Positions 12,700 to 27,250 of a stretch of DNA of 64,000 nucleotides are shown one piece after another; position 1 is the first letter of the stretch, and each line of letters begins with the position of its first letter. The translations under genes and the position numbers were made by a program. The notes beneath the pieces are model-generated. The model was not told the DNA's origin. It worked only from the letters and a program-made list of their open reading frames with translations, and did not search any database. Location of the stretch: NCBI GenBank assembly GCA_036172245.1, contig JAYWIR010000025.1:1612001-1676000 (forward strand), given 5' to 3'. Source of the DNA: Raillietiella orientalis. Its lineage: Eukaryota.

Positions 12700-13450
12700 T
12701 GGTTCGGTCTTTGTCCCTGCCCAAGGAAACGACAGTTTCCAAGATTTTTGGTTGTTCTACCCCGCCTCTGTTGTCACTGAAGACGCTCCGTGGAAGCGCC
12801 ATCCTTCCCGAAGAACTATCCATGTGCTAACGTTCGATGTCGCCTCGCTGAGACTCGATCCCTTTTGTTTCCTGTTGGCTGCACCCAACGAGCAGCTCCT
12901 CTGCAGGGTAATCGGCGACGCGATGAAATCGATGCAGCGGCACGGCGTTGCGCCGACTCTGGGAAGACAGCAGAAGGAAAGAGGACCTCCATGCATCCTG
13001 TTTTTGTTTTTCCTCTTCTCTGACTGAAAGTGATCTTTATACGTCCTCATGCTGGACTTCTCTGGAAGCCTGAAACCTCTAAAGCGCAACCGCAGCAGCT
13101 TCCCATTGGCGGCATCCCCGATCTTTTAATGGCATTCCTGTATTGTCTGATGCGCCTTCGAGGTTCTTTGAAAAACATCTACATCCGGAAAGTTCCTGTC
13201 AAAACCATCAGCTGATCTAACGGATACGGTAGCAGCAATGGCAGCAGTGACCTCAGAGAACCATCGTGGCTTATTGGAATCCGCTCCTAAAGCGAAGAGG
13301 CTTCCTGGACAGTACAAGCTGCTCACTTGGGGTGCGCTGCAGATCCCAATTCGTAGTTCGGAGAGATGTCTTAGAATGTGATGAAACCCGTGCATTCCGC
13401 TGCATTTTCGTCTGCCCTGTCTTTTGGTTCTTGTATCTTCCGAAGCCTGT
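12700..13450 (+). mobile_element. Decayed Penelope-like element reverse transcriptase relic
   Basis: SLPKET (cf. GLPKxHK), LTFDVASL (cf. SFDVxSL), QQLPIGG (cf. QxxGxPMG), YIRKV (cf. YxRYVDD) and GFLD (cf. PFLD) occur in the right order with plausible spacing. Confidence 0.5.
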
Positions 13451-16400
13451 CTGTTCCTTGAGTGCTCGTTGCTCGTCGTCCTTTTTTTAAAAAAAGACCA
13501 AGGAAAACAGAGCGCGCGTCCGATATTCACAGACGCGAATTATCAGTCTGCAGCATCTTGCTATGACTTCCATGTTGGCTCTCTGCTTCCGCTTCAAGCT
13601 TCCATCAGGCTGTTTGATCTTTGTCATCTTTTGTGCCTGGTCGTTCTCCTCCTCGCCTATGGGAAACTCCATTCCTCCTATTGCTGGACTAGGATTCAGT
13701 AATGGTTTGAGATTTTCTCTCTCTCTCTCTCTCTCTCTCTTTTTCCGTGTGGTATTTATAGAGGCCATTCTTTTAGAAAAACAAAGCAAAACAAAAAAGC
13801 CAGCAGCATTCTCTGTCCATCTCCTTCCTTTTACCTTTGTTCTCTTGCCTTCGGTACAGCCCGAGTGCAACTTAGATGATCTTGTTCAGTGTGTTCCCTG
13901 TTCAGGAGTAGGAATCCACCAAAAAGGTGAATAAATGAAAAAAGTTTCGGTTTACCCCATTCGAGCGCATTTCTTCTTCTTGAATTTATTACAACTTGTC
14001 TCTGAAGATGCGCAGCAAATGAGGAAGGTTATGGAACGGTTCCCTGTTCCAAGACACCTACCATGTACACAAGGAAATGCTCCGTCGAAAGAAAGAAAAG
14101 TAGGGCTCCACTACATAGCCAGTGCCCGAGAACGAATCGCGCGGAGCATTCGAATTTTCCGAAAATCCGAAACGTGAAAGAGCAATTTCGAAGATGGTCA
14201 ATTTTTATTGGGAAGTCATAAACGCACCTGAGGTTCCGTGCTTAAGATGCGAGATCTGTACACTGGCATTTAGCTTGGCCACCGATGAGAACGAGCGTAT
14301 TTTGGATTGTGCCCCTTCCAGATTCTTGGAGAATGCATATTGGCTCAATCCCAGCTCATCGCGGGACACTCTGACCTTTCCTATGGAAAGGCAAATGATT
14401 TCCGAGAACAGGCTTTCAATTTATTTCACTTATTTCACCCTTCACATCTGTGGTAATAAGTTTTCCTATCATTTGAAATGAATATGGGGTTTGACATCCC
14501 CGGATTGAAATAATAATTCAGGAATTTCCATGGGAACAGAAACTGGAAATAACGATCGTGAAACGAAGGAGTTCCTGAAAACCTCAACAGATGGCAGCAC
14601 TGAAAATCACCTAAATGCATTCCGCACCTAAACGAAAAATTTCGTGTCTTCGCTCCTGGGAGCCCCACACCAAAATCACCACCGCTCCCACCCCAAGAGG
14701 CGAAAGGAAAGCTGATTTCAGCAGGTGCCCTTCGACTGATCCCACGAAGAGCCAAGCAGATGATGACGGAAAGGAAAAACTTCAATGCAGCCTTCCGCTT
14801 TTCGCAGGGGAAAATGATATTTTCGCCGAGATGGCTTCCGGACCATCATGGAGTTGCTTACACGTCCTGGAACACTTTTGTGCGAACGTCCAGTTGCAAA
14901 TTTAATCAACAGAGAGATCACGAGAAACAACAAGGCTTTCGAGGAAGGAAAAGAAAGGAAATGTGTCTTTACGATTTTATGTTGGACATAACAGATTGAT
15001 TGTTCCTTTGAGTAATAGACGGCTCTCTTCCTGGAATTCGGCTTGGAGATATGGCTCTTTTGTTTGTTCTAATGAGCTCACTTGTCGACTTTTACATTCT
15101 GAGAGACCATTATGGGGAATAGTTTATCTGTAATGGTCCATGCAAATCAACCTGCCTCGCAGGACAATCAACCGTTTCTTTCGTCTCCATGAGATAAGCA
15201 CGAACCTTCCCGCTTTAAACTCTCCCCCTTCTTGTATGCGTTGCAATTTTTTTTTTTTTCCAGTGTCCTGGACGAAGCGCTCCCGCAAGAACGCCGTCCT
15301 TTCCGTACACGTATTCCATCCGTTGTTGCAGCTTCCTGTCATTTGGGACAGTAGCTAATAAAGGCGACCACCACAAGCTATAAAGTTCTTCTGGTTTCCT
15401 TCCTCTTTTTCCTTCTTTGTCACCTGGCGCGCAATCGAGAGCAGTCGAAACCAACTCTGTCGTAAAAACCGCAGCGCCTGGCGCCTGCACAGACGCGCTC
15501 GCTCTGCGCCACCGTGCGCCGCGTTCGGGAGACGGTCAACTTTGATCCAGTTTCCGGGTGCAGCCGGCGTTTCCCGGCGGGTTTGGCCTGCCGGGCTTAC
15601 GAGAAACGCCGAGGATTCGAACTTGCATCCCCCTCTTCGCTCGGCAACCGGGCATAAGCAGGGGCGCCGCCGAAAGCCTGCGACGAAACCCTGCAGGGAA
15701 GAAAGAAAAGGAGGGGGAGGAGCCCGCTCTCTCTTTCGAGCACTAGCCATGGGAAAACCCGCGGAACTCGGGTCGTGACCTCTTCCGAGCGCCCACGCAC
15801 ACCACGTGCACCCGGAGCTCGGGAGGGAGACGCTCGGAAAATTCCCTCGTCGTTGCGTGGCAACGCGGCTGGGAATTTCCCCGGATCTTTTGAGAAGACG
15901 AGCCTTGGGAAGTGCCGTCACCGGCAGGAAGGTCATGTGAGGTAGGAGGGACTACCTGGCGGCGGCTGTGAGAACCTCGAGTGGTGAAGGCACGGAAAGG
16001 GGAGGGGGGAAGAGGAAAGGAGTCCACGTGGTAGAAACAGGTGAAGGGAACCGGGAGAAAGAGTGAAGAGGATGTCAGTAGCGATGGTGGACGCAGCGGG
16101 TTTTAGGGTTGGGTTGCATCCCTCTGCTCTGCTTCGCGCTACGGAGAAGTCAGGTCCACTCTGTAGTTTCCGCATCGGCCGAGAGATAGCGCTGCCGCCA
16201 TCGCAGCTGCGAGGGCGCGCGGCCAGATTCGTCCGTTTTTTCTCTCGAGTCTGTCTCTGCCGTGGCTTCCGTTCCCTCACGTTCCCTCTCCACGTGGTCT
16301 GGCAGACTGATCCACTGGGAAAGCCGTAGCCTCGCGCAGACAGGGCGGAGAAAGGCCAGCAACCAGTGTTCGAGAGTTTCCGGAGATGGGGAGGGAAGCA

Positions 16401-19400
16401 GGGATGAGGTGTGTTTTGAGGATGTGTGTCTTTTCTTTCTCTCGCGGCGTGAGATCGAGCACATGCGTGTATGTGTGGGTGAGGGAGGACACCGTGTATC
16501 AAAGTCCGCAGCGAAGATGCAGGAAGGGGATTGGAAATCGCAGCAGCGATCCACGAAGCACTCCCGGAGACTGCTGCTCCTCCTCACCCACAGGAAGGCG
16601 TCCGAAAGGCGGCTGTGGTACATGGAAGAAGAGGAAGAGGACGCAGGAGCAGAGGGGAAGGAGACCTCGAATATCCAGGAGAAGCACTCAGCTTCTGAAA
16701 GTCGAAGACTGGAGAAGACGCTCCCTGACAAAGGTCGAATCTCGAGGATTCCTCATCTCCAGGAAGCTGCTTCCTTCCACTCGCTTCCTCCGTTTTGCCA
16801 CCCCAAGGGTCTCTAGCCGCACCTCGCGGGAAGAGAAAGGGGGGGGGGGGAAGAAGAAACGATTAAAATAAAAACGGTCCAGTAGGGACAGTTGGAATTG
16901 TCGCGAGCATTAGCCTGCAGCAGTTCACCCCTCGCTGGGCGCGGGGGAGGGAAGTCAGCCTCCGGGGAGGAGCGACTGAGCCTCGCGACGATCTTTCCTC
17001 TCCCATACCCTCTGATATCCTTCGAGAGAGCCTTTTGCGCCGTGGGTCCGCATAAAACGTCTTCACGGGGACACAGAAAAAAAAATATTTGCCGACCTCG
17101 GACTCCTTTCCGTGCCGGAGTTCCGTATCAGTGACCCAGCCCCAGGTTTCCCCCTTTTCGCAGCAGCGCTTAGCTAACATGAATCATCACTTAACAGCAA
17201 TATGAATCACTCCGGCTCTGATGTCTGGAACTCGCTGACCGTTTCCATATCCATTTGTTCCCTGCGGGAAGGAGTCACGCGGTGCTCCAGAGAGGTTCAT
17301 TGTGTAACGTACTATGAAAAACGGCACGATTGTGGTCCATGGCAAACTATTTGAAACTAGTCGGCAGCGAAGTCCCGCTTCGCGGAGTGACGTCAGCGTG
17401 AGCATGGCGCCCAACAGTGCAATTCAAAAATACAGGGCGAGCCACTTAAAACCGGCACGCCTTAAGCCCGACTTTGCGATGGGGCGTAGAGGGGCTTCAG
17501 GGACGGCTGTGGCTTGAAGTAGGCAATCGCCCCATACGTTCACAGAGCGCAGAACGAAATCTTCCGCTCCCTTCCGTGCGGATGGATGCCCAGCTGCCGA
17601 CGCCCGGCTCCTTTCTTCTCCGAGGTGCGGGCATCGCTGCTTCCCGAGGAGGCTTTTCTGTCTATGCGCCAGCCGACACGGAGCGCCGTGATGTCAGCGT
17701 GCACCATCAGCACGGCTTCCTACAATGAGATCTAAAAATGCGGGGCGATATCACTTCAAGCGTTTCGCCGCAGAGGGCCGGAGACGTGAGGGGCGCGGAC
17801 CCGATGTGGAGTGGCCCACCTTGCCTCTTAGTGTGAGGTGGAGTCGCTCAGTCTCGCAACAAGCAGGACGCCTGCTGCAACATGACAGTCGTAGCATCAG
17901 GTGGTACCGGGGTGAGTAGCGTGATGCCGTGGCACGCTCGTGAGCAAGTGTGCGCCGCACTGCACCATGCGTTTGCTTGAGGTCCCGGCGCGCGTCTCCT
18001 TGTCTCAACGCGTCGAAAGCACTCTCCGGGCTACTCAAGGGAGCACCGCCCTCCATGACTCGGAGTTCTGCTGAAGGCCTCAAATCTTTGAGGACTCCAG
18101 CCGGAACTCTTAGCCTGTTGCATGACGACTCCTTGGGAATTCTGGAAGACTTCGTTTGGGGGGGGAGGTAACCCTCCGTGCTCCGCAGAGCAAACCGGAG
18201 GGACAAGGAAAGGCCGACCAGCGCTTGGTGTGAATCGAAACTGGTCCTGTTCTCCCCACGGTAGTGCGGTCCCTCCGGAGCTTCACTGCGCCATCTTGGG
18301 GAAGCATCGCTCTTTCCGTTTCCTCCCCTTCTTCGCTGCTTGTCCTTGAGGTCTCAGAGGGAGGTAGACGACTGTGGGCCCGCAGCACGGCCGTGGTCAC
18401 CGAAGTCTCACGCTACCCAGCCACTCCCGACTTCCCGGCAGCTCACGGACGCTTCCCCCCCCCCTCCTTGCCTTTTCGTCGAGCCAGTCGTCCCCTTGGG
18501 AAAATGCCGCTCCAAGAGTTCGGAAGGCCCTCTCGCTCCGGGGAGCGAGAGGGCCTTCCGCACTTGTGGGCTCGATGCGTGGCATCCCCGGAGAGAGTAG
18601 ACTGGCTGGAGAACTCGCGCGGCTGCTTCCCTGCGGCGGATTTCCGAGCGCGCAGCCGCCTCGGCAGAGCAGAACAGCCGGCGCACGCGCGCACTCTTGC
18701 GGGAGGGTCGGAGGGAGTCCAGGTTGGCATCGGAAGAGGGAAGGCGAGGGGAAAGGAAGGGTCTCCGTGCCCCTCGGACCGAGACGCCCTCCTGAGAGCG
18801 CCGCCGCCGATCTCGGCCGTCGATCTTGCCGCCGAGGATTTGGGGCTCTCCTTCTGGAGGTGGACCTCGCCCTTCAGTTCCGCTTCGCGCCGTTTCCACG
18901 GAAGCGGGGATCCGTTTGGAGTGAGGAGCAGGGAGGGAGCTTTGCTCTGCTCGCGCGCCTTTCTCAGCAATCGAGATCGGTCAACTGTTCCCACGTCGAC
19001 GGACAGCAGGACTGTTATTATTCTGATTGTCTCTTTTGCGGGGAGGTGGGGGTAGTATTTTGAGACGTGAAATCCCCATGGTACATGAGGTTTCCTTCAG
19101 AAGACTGTCCACCTCGCCGCTTTCCTCCTCCTCCCTGCCCACGCGTCTGCTGCCATCCTCCGCGAGGCGCGCGCTCGTCTATTCCCTCGAATTCACCGGA
19201 AATGGGGCTGCTCGATGCTGCGGAATGCGGGTGGCCGATGGTCTTCCCCTCCCTGTCAGGATCCGAGGATCGCCTTCTCTGACCTATTCAGTGGGGTTCG
19301 ATTCTTCGAATTCCGCCAAAGAGGTGGAGACGGACGGGTACTTTCGCGGGAGCAGCGACTCCCGCCGGCGACCTCGTGCTTCCTTCCGTCCACTTTCTCC

Positions 19401-22019
19401 ACAACGTCCTCGTGGCGTGGCGTGCGTGCCTGTCCGTGGAGGCGGCTCCTCAGTTCTATGGGCGTCCACACAACCAGCGCCACTCTGTGTCGCTGTGGGA
19501 GGACCGGAGGGGAGTGGCCCCTCCCAGGAGAGCCAGAGATCCGAAACCGAATCCTCCCAGGTCGAACTTTCTGGACCTGAGAGAGAAAGTGACCCGTCGA
19601 CCCCTCGGTTCTTTAGAGACTCTCTCCTTCCGTTCCCTAGCATCCTCTGTTACCTGGCAGGAGCAGGAGCAGTGCTCCACCCCGCTGCGGGCCTTCTTTG
19701 GAAGCATAGCCGTCTTCTTTCTTTCCTTTTATCTTCCTCCGATTTCCTGCTGACATTCGGCGATGCTTTTGATCTCGCCGGCCGAGGAACCTTCAAGAGA
19801 TGAGTAACCGGGTGACTTCGCTGGAGAAGCGTCTTTCCGTTGCCTGGAGAGCGACACGCCTTCTTGGCGCAGACTCGCAGGGACTGTGCGCCAGTGATAC
19901 GGTTGGGAGCATAGTTGCGTCCACACCACCCATCATCTTCTTCATCTTTCTCCCATTTCAGCCCTTCCGTGGCCTTCTTTTCCTTCCCGCGGCGCCATCC
20001 GCCGACTTTGCCATGGGCACGCGCGAGCGCTGGATGGCGGCAGCTCTGGTGTGCAAGGAGAACGTTTCGAGAGGCGTGAGGTCTCTCCTCTGACTGGCTG
20101 GGGCTTGCCCGCTACTCGCACAGCATCCTCCCTTGGGCCATCTTGCAGACGCCCGTGTGCTGCGATTAGAGACGAGTTTCAGGTCTTCCTGAAAGAGAAG
20201 GAAGAGAGCAGGAGAGGGAGAAGCGCCAGAGCGGCAAGTCCGTCAGCTGGAAACCCCCCATCCGCATGAGGTGCGCTCCCTCGCCTCCCTCAGGCATTTC
20301 CTCCTCAGAAAGATCTGGGATACCCGATTCTCGGGTCCACTCGGAGCGTGTCAGGAATGATAGGCAGCCATCTTGACTCCAAGGACTCGGAAACCGCACG
20401 ATGGAACGCGAGTAAGTCCCGAAGAAACGCCGGGTTCGGTTCTCCTTCGTCTGGTCCGCCTGGCGCCTATCCTCATGGTTTTTTCCGGGACTCCATCTAT
20501 CTCTTCAGGAGAGAACACGCGGTCACGTGATCTCTTAGCGACCGAGGAGATCCTTCGCCGGTAGTGTTGAGGACGCCCACACTTTTGACCCTACAAAGAA
20601 GCGTGCGTTCACCGCTGCGTCGAAACATCGAAAGACTTCTGCTGAGTCCTCGCCGACCTCCAGGGATCGCCGCCCTCGATTTAAGAGGGAAGAAATCCGT
20701 CTCCTTCCGTTTCTGGGGAAACTTTTATTTTTTCCCAGCGTTCTCCTTCCCGTTGGATTCTCTGCCTGGTCCTTGGGAGGCCGGGACCTCGTAGTGAGGC
20801 ACCCGAAGCTTCCTCTGGCATTTCCTTTTCCTTTTCAGGCTTTCTGAGCCGCTCAGTGTCTCCTAGACCGTCCCTGCATCAATCAGCGGAACGAATGCAT
20901 CTCGGGAGAAAATGTCTCGAGGTCCTTTTCTCGCAATGGGCAACCCTTCTCGTTCCGAGGAGGAGGAGGGCGAATGGCTTCTGAGGACTCGATCCTCGAG
21001 CAGCGGCTGAGGGCTCAGGCTCCCGACTGTGGCTCCGTCATGTCAGGCTAAGCTCAAACCGCTGGAAGACAGCGCATGCTCGAAGAGGGACCAAGTGGTC
21101 TCCCTGCTCAGCAGAACGCGCAGGAGTCGCTCCGTTGGCGAAAGACGCAGGATTCGGATACTGGCGGCGCTCTTTCGCATGGATCAGGCTGCAAGAAATT
21201 CGGGATGCGAGTCACCCCAGAGAGCTGGATCGTCGAGGACTCGATACAGGCAGGTCTCTCGGAGGTCCGGCTCTCTTCCCAGCCTGGTCGTTGTGTAGAA
21301 ATTCCGTGCCTCGCCGTCACTGCCCGCCGCATTCGACCACTCCCGCCTCTTCTTTTGCTCCCCTCTCTCCTCTCCCCCCCCTTTTTTCCTTTTTTCTATT
21401 CCTTAGGCCGGTATTTTGCTCTCTCTTTCTTTCTCTCTACTCTTTTCTGAATGGAGACGAGGCATCCTCTTACGATGGTCCAGGTCTCAGATCTCCGCAC
21501 TCTCGTGAATCACGGAAGCAGTTTCCACTCTAGCGCGCACGCCGGAACGGGCCCAAGGAAATTCGAGTGTCCTCATCCTCTTTAATGAAACGAATCGTGG
21601 CGTTCTGGCGGAACATTCTCGACCGTCCTCATCGGACGTCGACGTCGGTGTTTCTGATTGCTTCTCCTTGAGCAAAAGGGGAAGAGTTTTGCAAGAACTC
21701 TTCCGCGAAGAGGAAGGTCCCGATGAGCGTGACGGTTGCCACTCTTATGCAAAGTTCTTTCGCCTTTTACCAGATAAGTCTGTGTATGGGGACGTCTAAA
21801 GGAGCGCGATAGTTGCCGATTGACCCATCACCGAGGTTTGAGCTGGCACTCCCTTTTTGCGGTCGCTGAGTCGCGAAATTCGGAGCAACAGTGGAGCTGC
21901 ACGTGCGGGAACGGGAGAGTCAGAAAGCTGCTAAGGGAAGGGGATCCTACGCGCGCCGAAGATTTCGGCTGTTGTGGGGTCTTCCTTGCAGAGGTACGCA
22001 CCGGATGAACCCCCACTAG

Positions 22020-23000
22020 AAAATGGGGCGCACAGGTCCTGGAAGATTGCGCTGCGCGTCGGACCCAAACCACCACCTGCAATGCTGAATCAGACGAGGA
22101 TGAGGATAATGAAAGTTCCTGCATCTTTCAGTCCTCTGCTCGAGGTCGGCTTTCGAAGAGGAAAGGGTTCGAAATGGCCCAGCAGTACGGAGCGAGCAGC
22201 TTTTTCCTCTGTTGAAGTTTCCAGCTCCCTGATTGCCTCTTCGTTTTGCTTGCTTCTCCCTGTGAAGGCTTCCGAGATTCATTTGTTGCGGAAACCCCCT
22301 CCGGGAAGCGGGACCGACTTCCTTGCTCCACTCCGCAACTGGAGTCTGCGTCGATCGAGTTTTCACATCAGATCCTTTCTTGCGTCTTTGCTCCGATTCG
22401 TGTCGTGAGTCACCTCTGTATTTCGCCTTGATTTCTCGAACACCGAGAGTTCTTTTTTTCTGCTTCTCCTTCATTGTCCTCCAAGAAACCCAAAAAACAG
22501 CCGCCCGAAGCACCCTCATCTCAATCCAGCACTTCACCCACTGACCTACAGAATGCAGTCTACTAGGCGGATGCATCGTGCATGCGCCAACCGGTTTCTT
22601 CCTCTGTTATCCGCCTAATCATCTTCCAGAAACTTTCACTCGAAATAACGTCTTCTCATGCTTCCCTCCCGGCCAGTCACTTTCGGTTCAGTGGGGAGCC
22701 ACAACGCGTGATCGCGGCTTGTTTGACTCGCACCACCTCGCCTCAGGATGGCTGCCGTAACGCGAACCTTCCAAGTGCTGCTCCCGACGGAGGTCGCAGC
22801 TTTGCTCGCCCCGTCCCGGGAGCACCATGGGAAATCAGGGATGGCTTAGAGAGACTTGAGAAAGGATAACTCCTCCGCTTTTGAAAGACAGGCCAGAGCT
22901 GACTCCCGCTCCACGAGGCGTCAGTCACCTGGGCTTGGCAGGTGACACGGATCGTGTCGCCCGGCATCTGCCCACATTTTTCGAGGGAGAGTGAATCTGC
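22020..23000 (+). mobile_element. Possible decayed Jockey/CR1-type RT relic
   Basis: SWKIA..PKP, VGFRRGK, DRV/SHQIL and HLGL occur in order. Confidence 0.28.
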
Positions 23001-26000
23001 CTCCCGCATTTTCCGGTCCGTTCTTCTCTCCAGCACGTGTTGGTCATGAGGCGTCCAGCGTCCTCTAAGGATTTGTGGGACCCGGCTGCCCTTTCAAGTT
23101 CAACGACTCCGGTTCCTTACCCAGCTGGTGTCCGCAGTGCACGTTGCTGTACTTTTCTGTGAATCACCTGTTCTCTTTGCTTCACCTACTTCGCGCCCTT
23201 TAGGAAAGCGTTTCCCAAACGGGCACCTTCTGGATAAAGAGATCGTGGAGGCCCCGACCCGATGGGGCGCGCTCAGCGGGAAGATGATCCGTCAAGAAGA
23301 TGGTGTTGCACAGCCGTGTTTGGACTGTTTCGTTGGAGTCTTCTGCCTCAACTTAAGCAACAACCTCATGCATCACTCTGCTTTTCGTTCTACAGCAGCA
23401 GGAGAACAGAACTCTCTCTTGCCTTGGATCGTTAGCCCAGTTCTTGTTTTCACCACCTGCCACAGAGAAAGACTGAAAAAGGATTCGAAACTGGAAGTAA
23501 GGAAGGCGGACGCATTTGCCTTTGTTGGGTGCAGCCATGCTTTTAGAAGAGGCGCTTGTCGAGGACTCACCTTTGAAACCACGGTCGCTCCACGCCCCCC
23601 CCCATCGAAGCGCGAATGAATGGGTCAGCTCCTGTGCTTAGGTTTCGAATTGCTGCATGCAAGCCAAAGGCAAGAGCCATAGAGTGCTATAGCCTGTCTC
23701 TTTGCCGAGAAGTGATAGATGGAGAGGGTACGACAGCCTAATTGGTGACCATGCACAATCTGGCTGTTTTTGACCTAGACGTGCGCATGTTTTCTTGAGC
23801 AAGGGATTATGGACATCCGTACTTCGACAGTCATATGCGAGCAAGTAGATTCATTACACACATTCATTCAGTATGCGCATGCATATACATATGTAAGGAG
23901 AGATATGTGCTCATAAAAAGCGCCATTATGGAGAGTGCACGTATGTGCCCCATGGGTTTACATGGGTGTGCATGCCCGTTCATGTGTCCATCCACGAGCG
24001 CCTAAAAAGTGAAGATGAACGAGATGTGGGTCGATGAAGCAGAGTACAATCCACGGGTGGAAAACGGTGGATCATAGATCATGCAAGTTACGTGGGTGGA
24101 TGTGAGCAGCTCCCACTAAAAATTCATTTTGCAATGGAGTTTCCAGGAAATGTTAACATAGTTTTCTCACAACGCACTGATTTATTTATGCTTAAATCAC
24201 TTACCTGTCGGTTTTCACGCCATCATCGGAACTGAACATCGTCAGGCTTGAGCAGCACAAAAATGCAGACAGGAATGTGTATATATATATATATAAGTTT
24301 GATTTATTCAAAAGTGTTGTACGGGACTCCGGACACAAGTTGCTGCGCCCGTGCGTGGTGTGTTTCGACCCCAGAGTGAAAGTGAGGAGCCGAGACGCTG
24401 GCAGGAAGGCAAAACCGAATGGGAACGGTACTTGCAGTCGTCTTTATGGTGCACGGATCCCGAAGCATAAGCACTCATCAAAGGACAACGCACTACAACG
24501 GAAAGAAAAGCATTCGCCCGGACATCGGTTCGGTCCACACGCCACTTTATTTTCACGAGAGCCATCCCGAGAACGACAAAAGTGAAAGCGCACGCAAAAC
24601 TCCGCAATATATTTTCTGGAGCTGTCAGTCGAGCCGTGGCAAAATGGACAGAATCTTGCCTTTATCAGTTTGCAGGTGAATCCGCATTTAGACTTTTGGA
24701 AATTCGGATGATTCATCTCCCTTTTTGGAGGATTTTACCGTGCTTGAAAATTTATGGGTTCTCTTCGAATCTTTGTCGCTGGACCCTTGGCAGCGGCCAC
24801 TCTTTTCGTATCCAAGGAGGAGATTCGTGCGAGATCGGTTCAGGAAGCGATTCGGCCCTGGGTGGCACGAAACATTCTCCCCAACCTTCCTCCCGCTTTC
24901 CCCCGACACGTGCTCCCCCATTTCCTCCGCCATTTCGACCCTGCCAAAAGACTATCTCGGCAGTTTTTCCCGGTCCATCCTCCCCTCTCCCTTTGCCTTT
25001 TTTTCTCTTAAAATGCTTCGGAAGAACGAGGGCTTATTCTGACAAGTGTGTCCCGAATACAACCTCCTTCAAAGACTCGAATGCTCTATGCAAATTGGGA
25101 AATGAGAGCGCAACGAAAACAAGCTGTTCCTGGGTCGCTCATGCCATCGTGGCATTCTCATTCACATTCACTCGATCTTTCCTTCTTTTCACTTCTGAAA
25201 GTGCTCACGCCCTCGACTCGATTGACCTCTCTACTCGCAGAAGGAGATGATGCCATGAGCGATTCTCCAGGTCTGCAGAGCGTCGGGCACCCGGCGTCGG
25301 ATGGCACGTGGTGGTGCTTTCTCGCGACGCACTGTAAGATCCTTCGCGGATCGGACTCGCAGTCTGAGGAAATCCGTCGCGTTTCTCGAAAGGACGGGGG
25401 CGTGGATGTGACCTTTCTTACAACAAGACCTGTCTTTTGGTACTCCTGCAGCGAGAAAGTTGCTTAGCATTCCCTTTGGGAACAACGCACAAATTGCCTT
25501 CCTCCGCCTCACAGCTTCCGAGGAACGTGGGCCAAAAAGGCATAGAACCTCTTAGTCACCACCTCGATGCTCCTCACTTTGAGATAAGATCATCAGACCA
25601 CGGCGTACCGAACTCTCAGTTGATAGAATCGAGTCCAAACAGATATTGGACTCGGTTCTATCAGAATGTTCCATCAGAAACAAGCATAACAGACGTCCTT
25701 GTTAGTCAGGTAGGACTGCCGGCGTTTTGTGATTTGCTCACCTTTCTAAAGCACCGCTCCTCTTGAACGGACGCAACGGCATACTTACTCGGGAAAACAC
25801 ACACCAATCCTTTTTCGGTCCAGAGAAGTTTTTCTCCGTTCCTGAGTGCGAAGGACACGAAATGACCAAAGTCTCATGCCGATCTTAAATCCCCCCGCTG
25901 GCCATGACAGCCATTTTCCTCTGCCAACAATTTTCTCCTTTAGTAGCAGCTGGTAGAGTTGCTGGCCGCAAAATACCATGCGCATGCATCCACTCGCTCC

Positions 26001-26499
26001 AGCACCCCTGCCTTCTGAGTTCTCGGCTACCCTTCATTTCACCTCTTTTGTTTCCTTCCTTGGAAATGAGAGATTAAACGCAATGGCGAAGAAAAAAATG
26101 CTAGTGGTAGTCAGTCTGGATTTCATCGATCACTATTCTGGGAATGTTGTCTGCCTCACAAGGCCCTATTTCAACTCGAATGGCTCCTGAACCTACATCT
26201 AAGAAATCTCTCTGCCTCTTCTCTACCTTAGAAGAAGTGTCTCGAAAAAGCTTTTCGTGCGTCTCACCTAGGAAAACACGAATAGGTTTAAAACTACGAA
26301 TGGGTTCCCCTATTCACTTCCCATCCTGTCGTATCTCTTTATTAAGCACATCTTTCACCAGTGTTACTTTGTTCGTTTGTGCTGGAGATCGGTGACGCCA
26401 TTTCCATCCACATTTTCATCCCTTGAACCACCGATACTTTTCTTACCGTATACAATTCGTTTCTTCTTCGACAATTTCTTTCTTTCTTTCTCCCAACCC

Positions 26500-27250
26500 T
26501 TCATGAAACCGCCATTGAAAAGATGTTCACGATGAAACAAGGAGATAGAATTTGTAGACAGGCGCTCTACCGGGACAGTCAGAGCTTATGTGAGGTCTAC
26601 TCTAAGAGACCACAAATTCGTTCCACAAATTTGTTTAGATTTGCCATGCTCTTCGCCCCATTCTTCAATGAACTATCCCTTTTGCACAGTCCTGGGAAAG
26701 AATTTCTGTTTGACATTCATGATCGACTCTCCAATTCTTCAGATATACCTCAAATATATGAGGCGACCAGCTGACTGGGATCTCCTAAGGTAAAGAACTG
26801 CTTACGTCGGGCGCCGCGTGAGGCTATCGATGTTCTCCACATGTGCGCAATGCAAACATACACATCTTAATAGACGAAAGCCTCACTGGACCTTTCGAAA
26901 TATCTTTCCGACCTATTCGCGGTTTGAACTCGCGTGGAACAGAAGTTTGCGGACAGTCTGACTTTAATCAAAACCTTTTGGATTTGTAAACATTAAAGGG
27001 TCGACAGCGTCATTCTATGGGTTCCACAAATCTTTCAAAAATCGTGGAAGGACGCTCTTGCTCCTCCAGCAGACTCGTAAATGTGAAATTAAAGATGTCA
27101 TTTTGCTTCAATCAACTGACTGATTTAAATGGATTTGTGATATCAACCGATTCTAAAGAGCAGCTTAATACTTCAATACACGTTGGACGTACACTATGTA
27201 TGCTCTATTTAACAAGCAACAATATTGCATGGTTCATTTCTATTTGGTCT
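26500..27250 (-). mobile_element. Possible decayed CMC/EnSpm-like DNA transposase relic in an AT-rich island
   Basis: The minus strand reads NPFKS..FVEPIE, KPRI..KGPVRLSSIKMCMF and LWSLR (cf. LWxMRFE). Base composition differs from the flanks. Confidence 0.33.

Noticed and set aside
15960..16800. Possible LTR integrase relic
   Set aside because: The motif resemblance is too weak to support.
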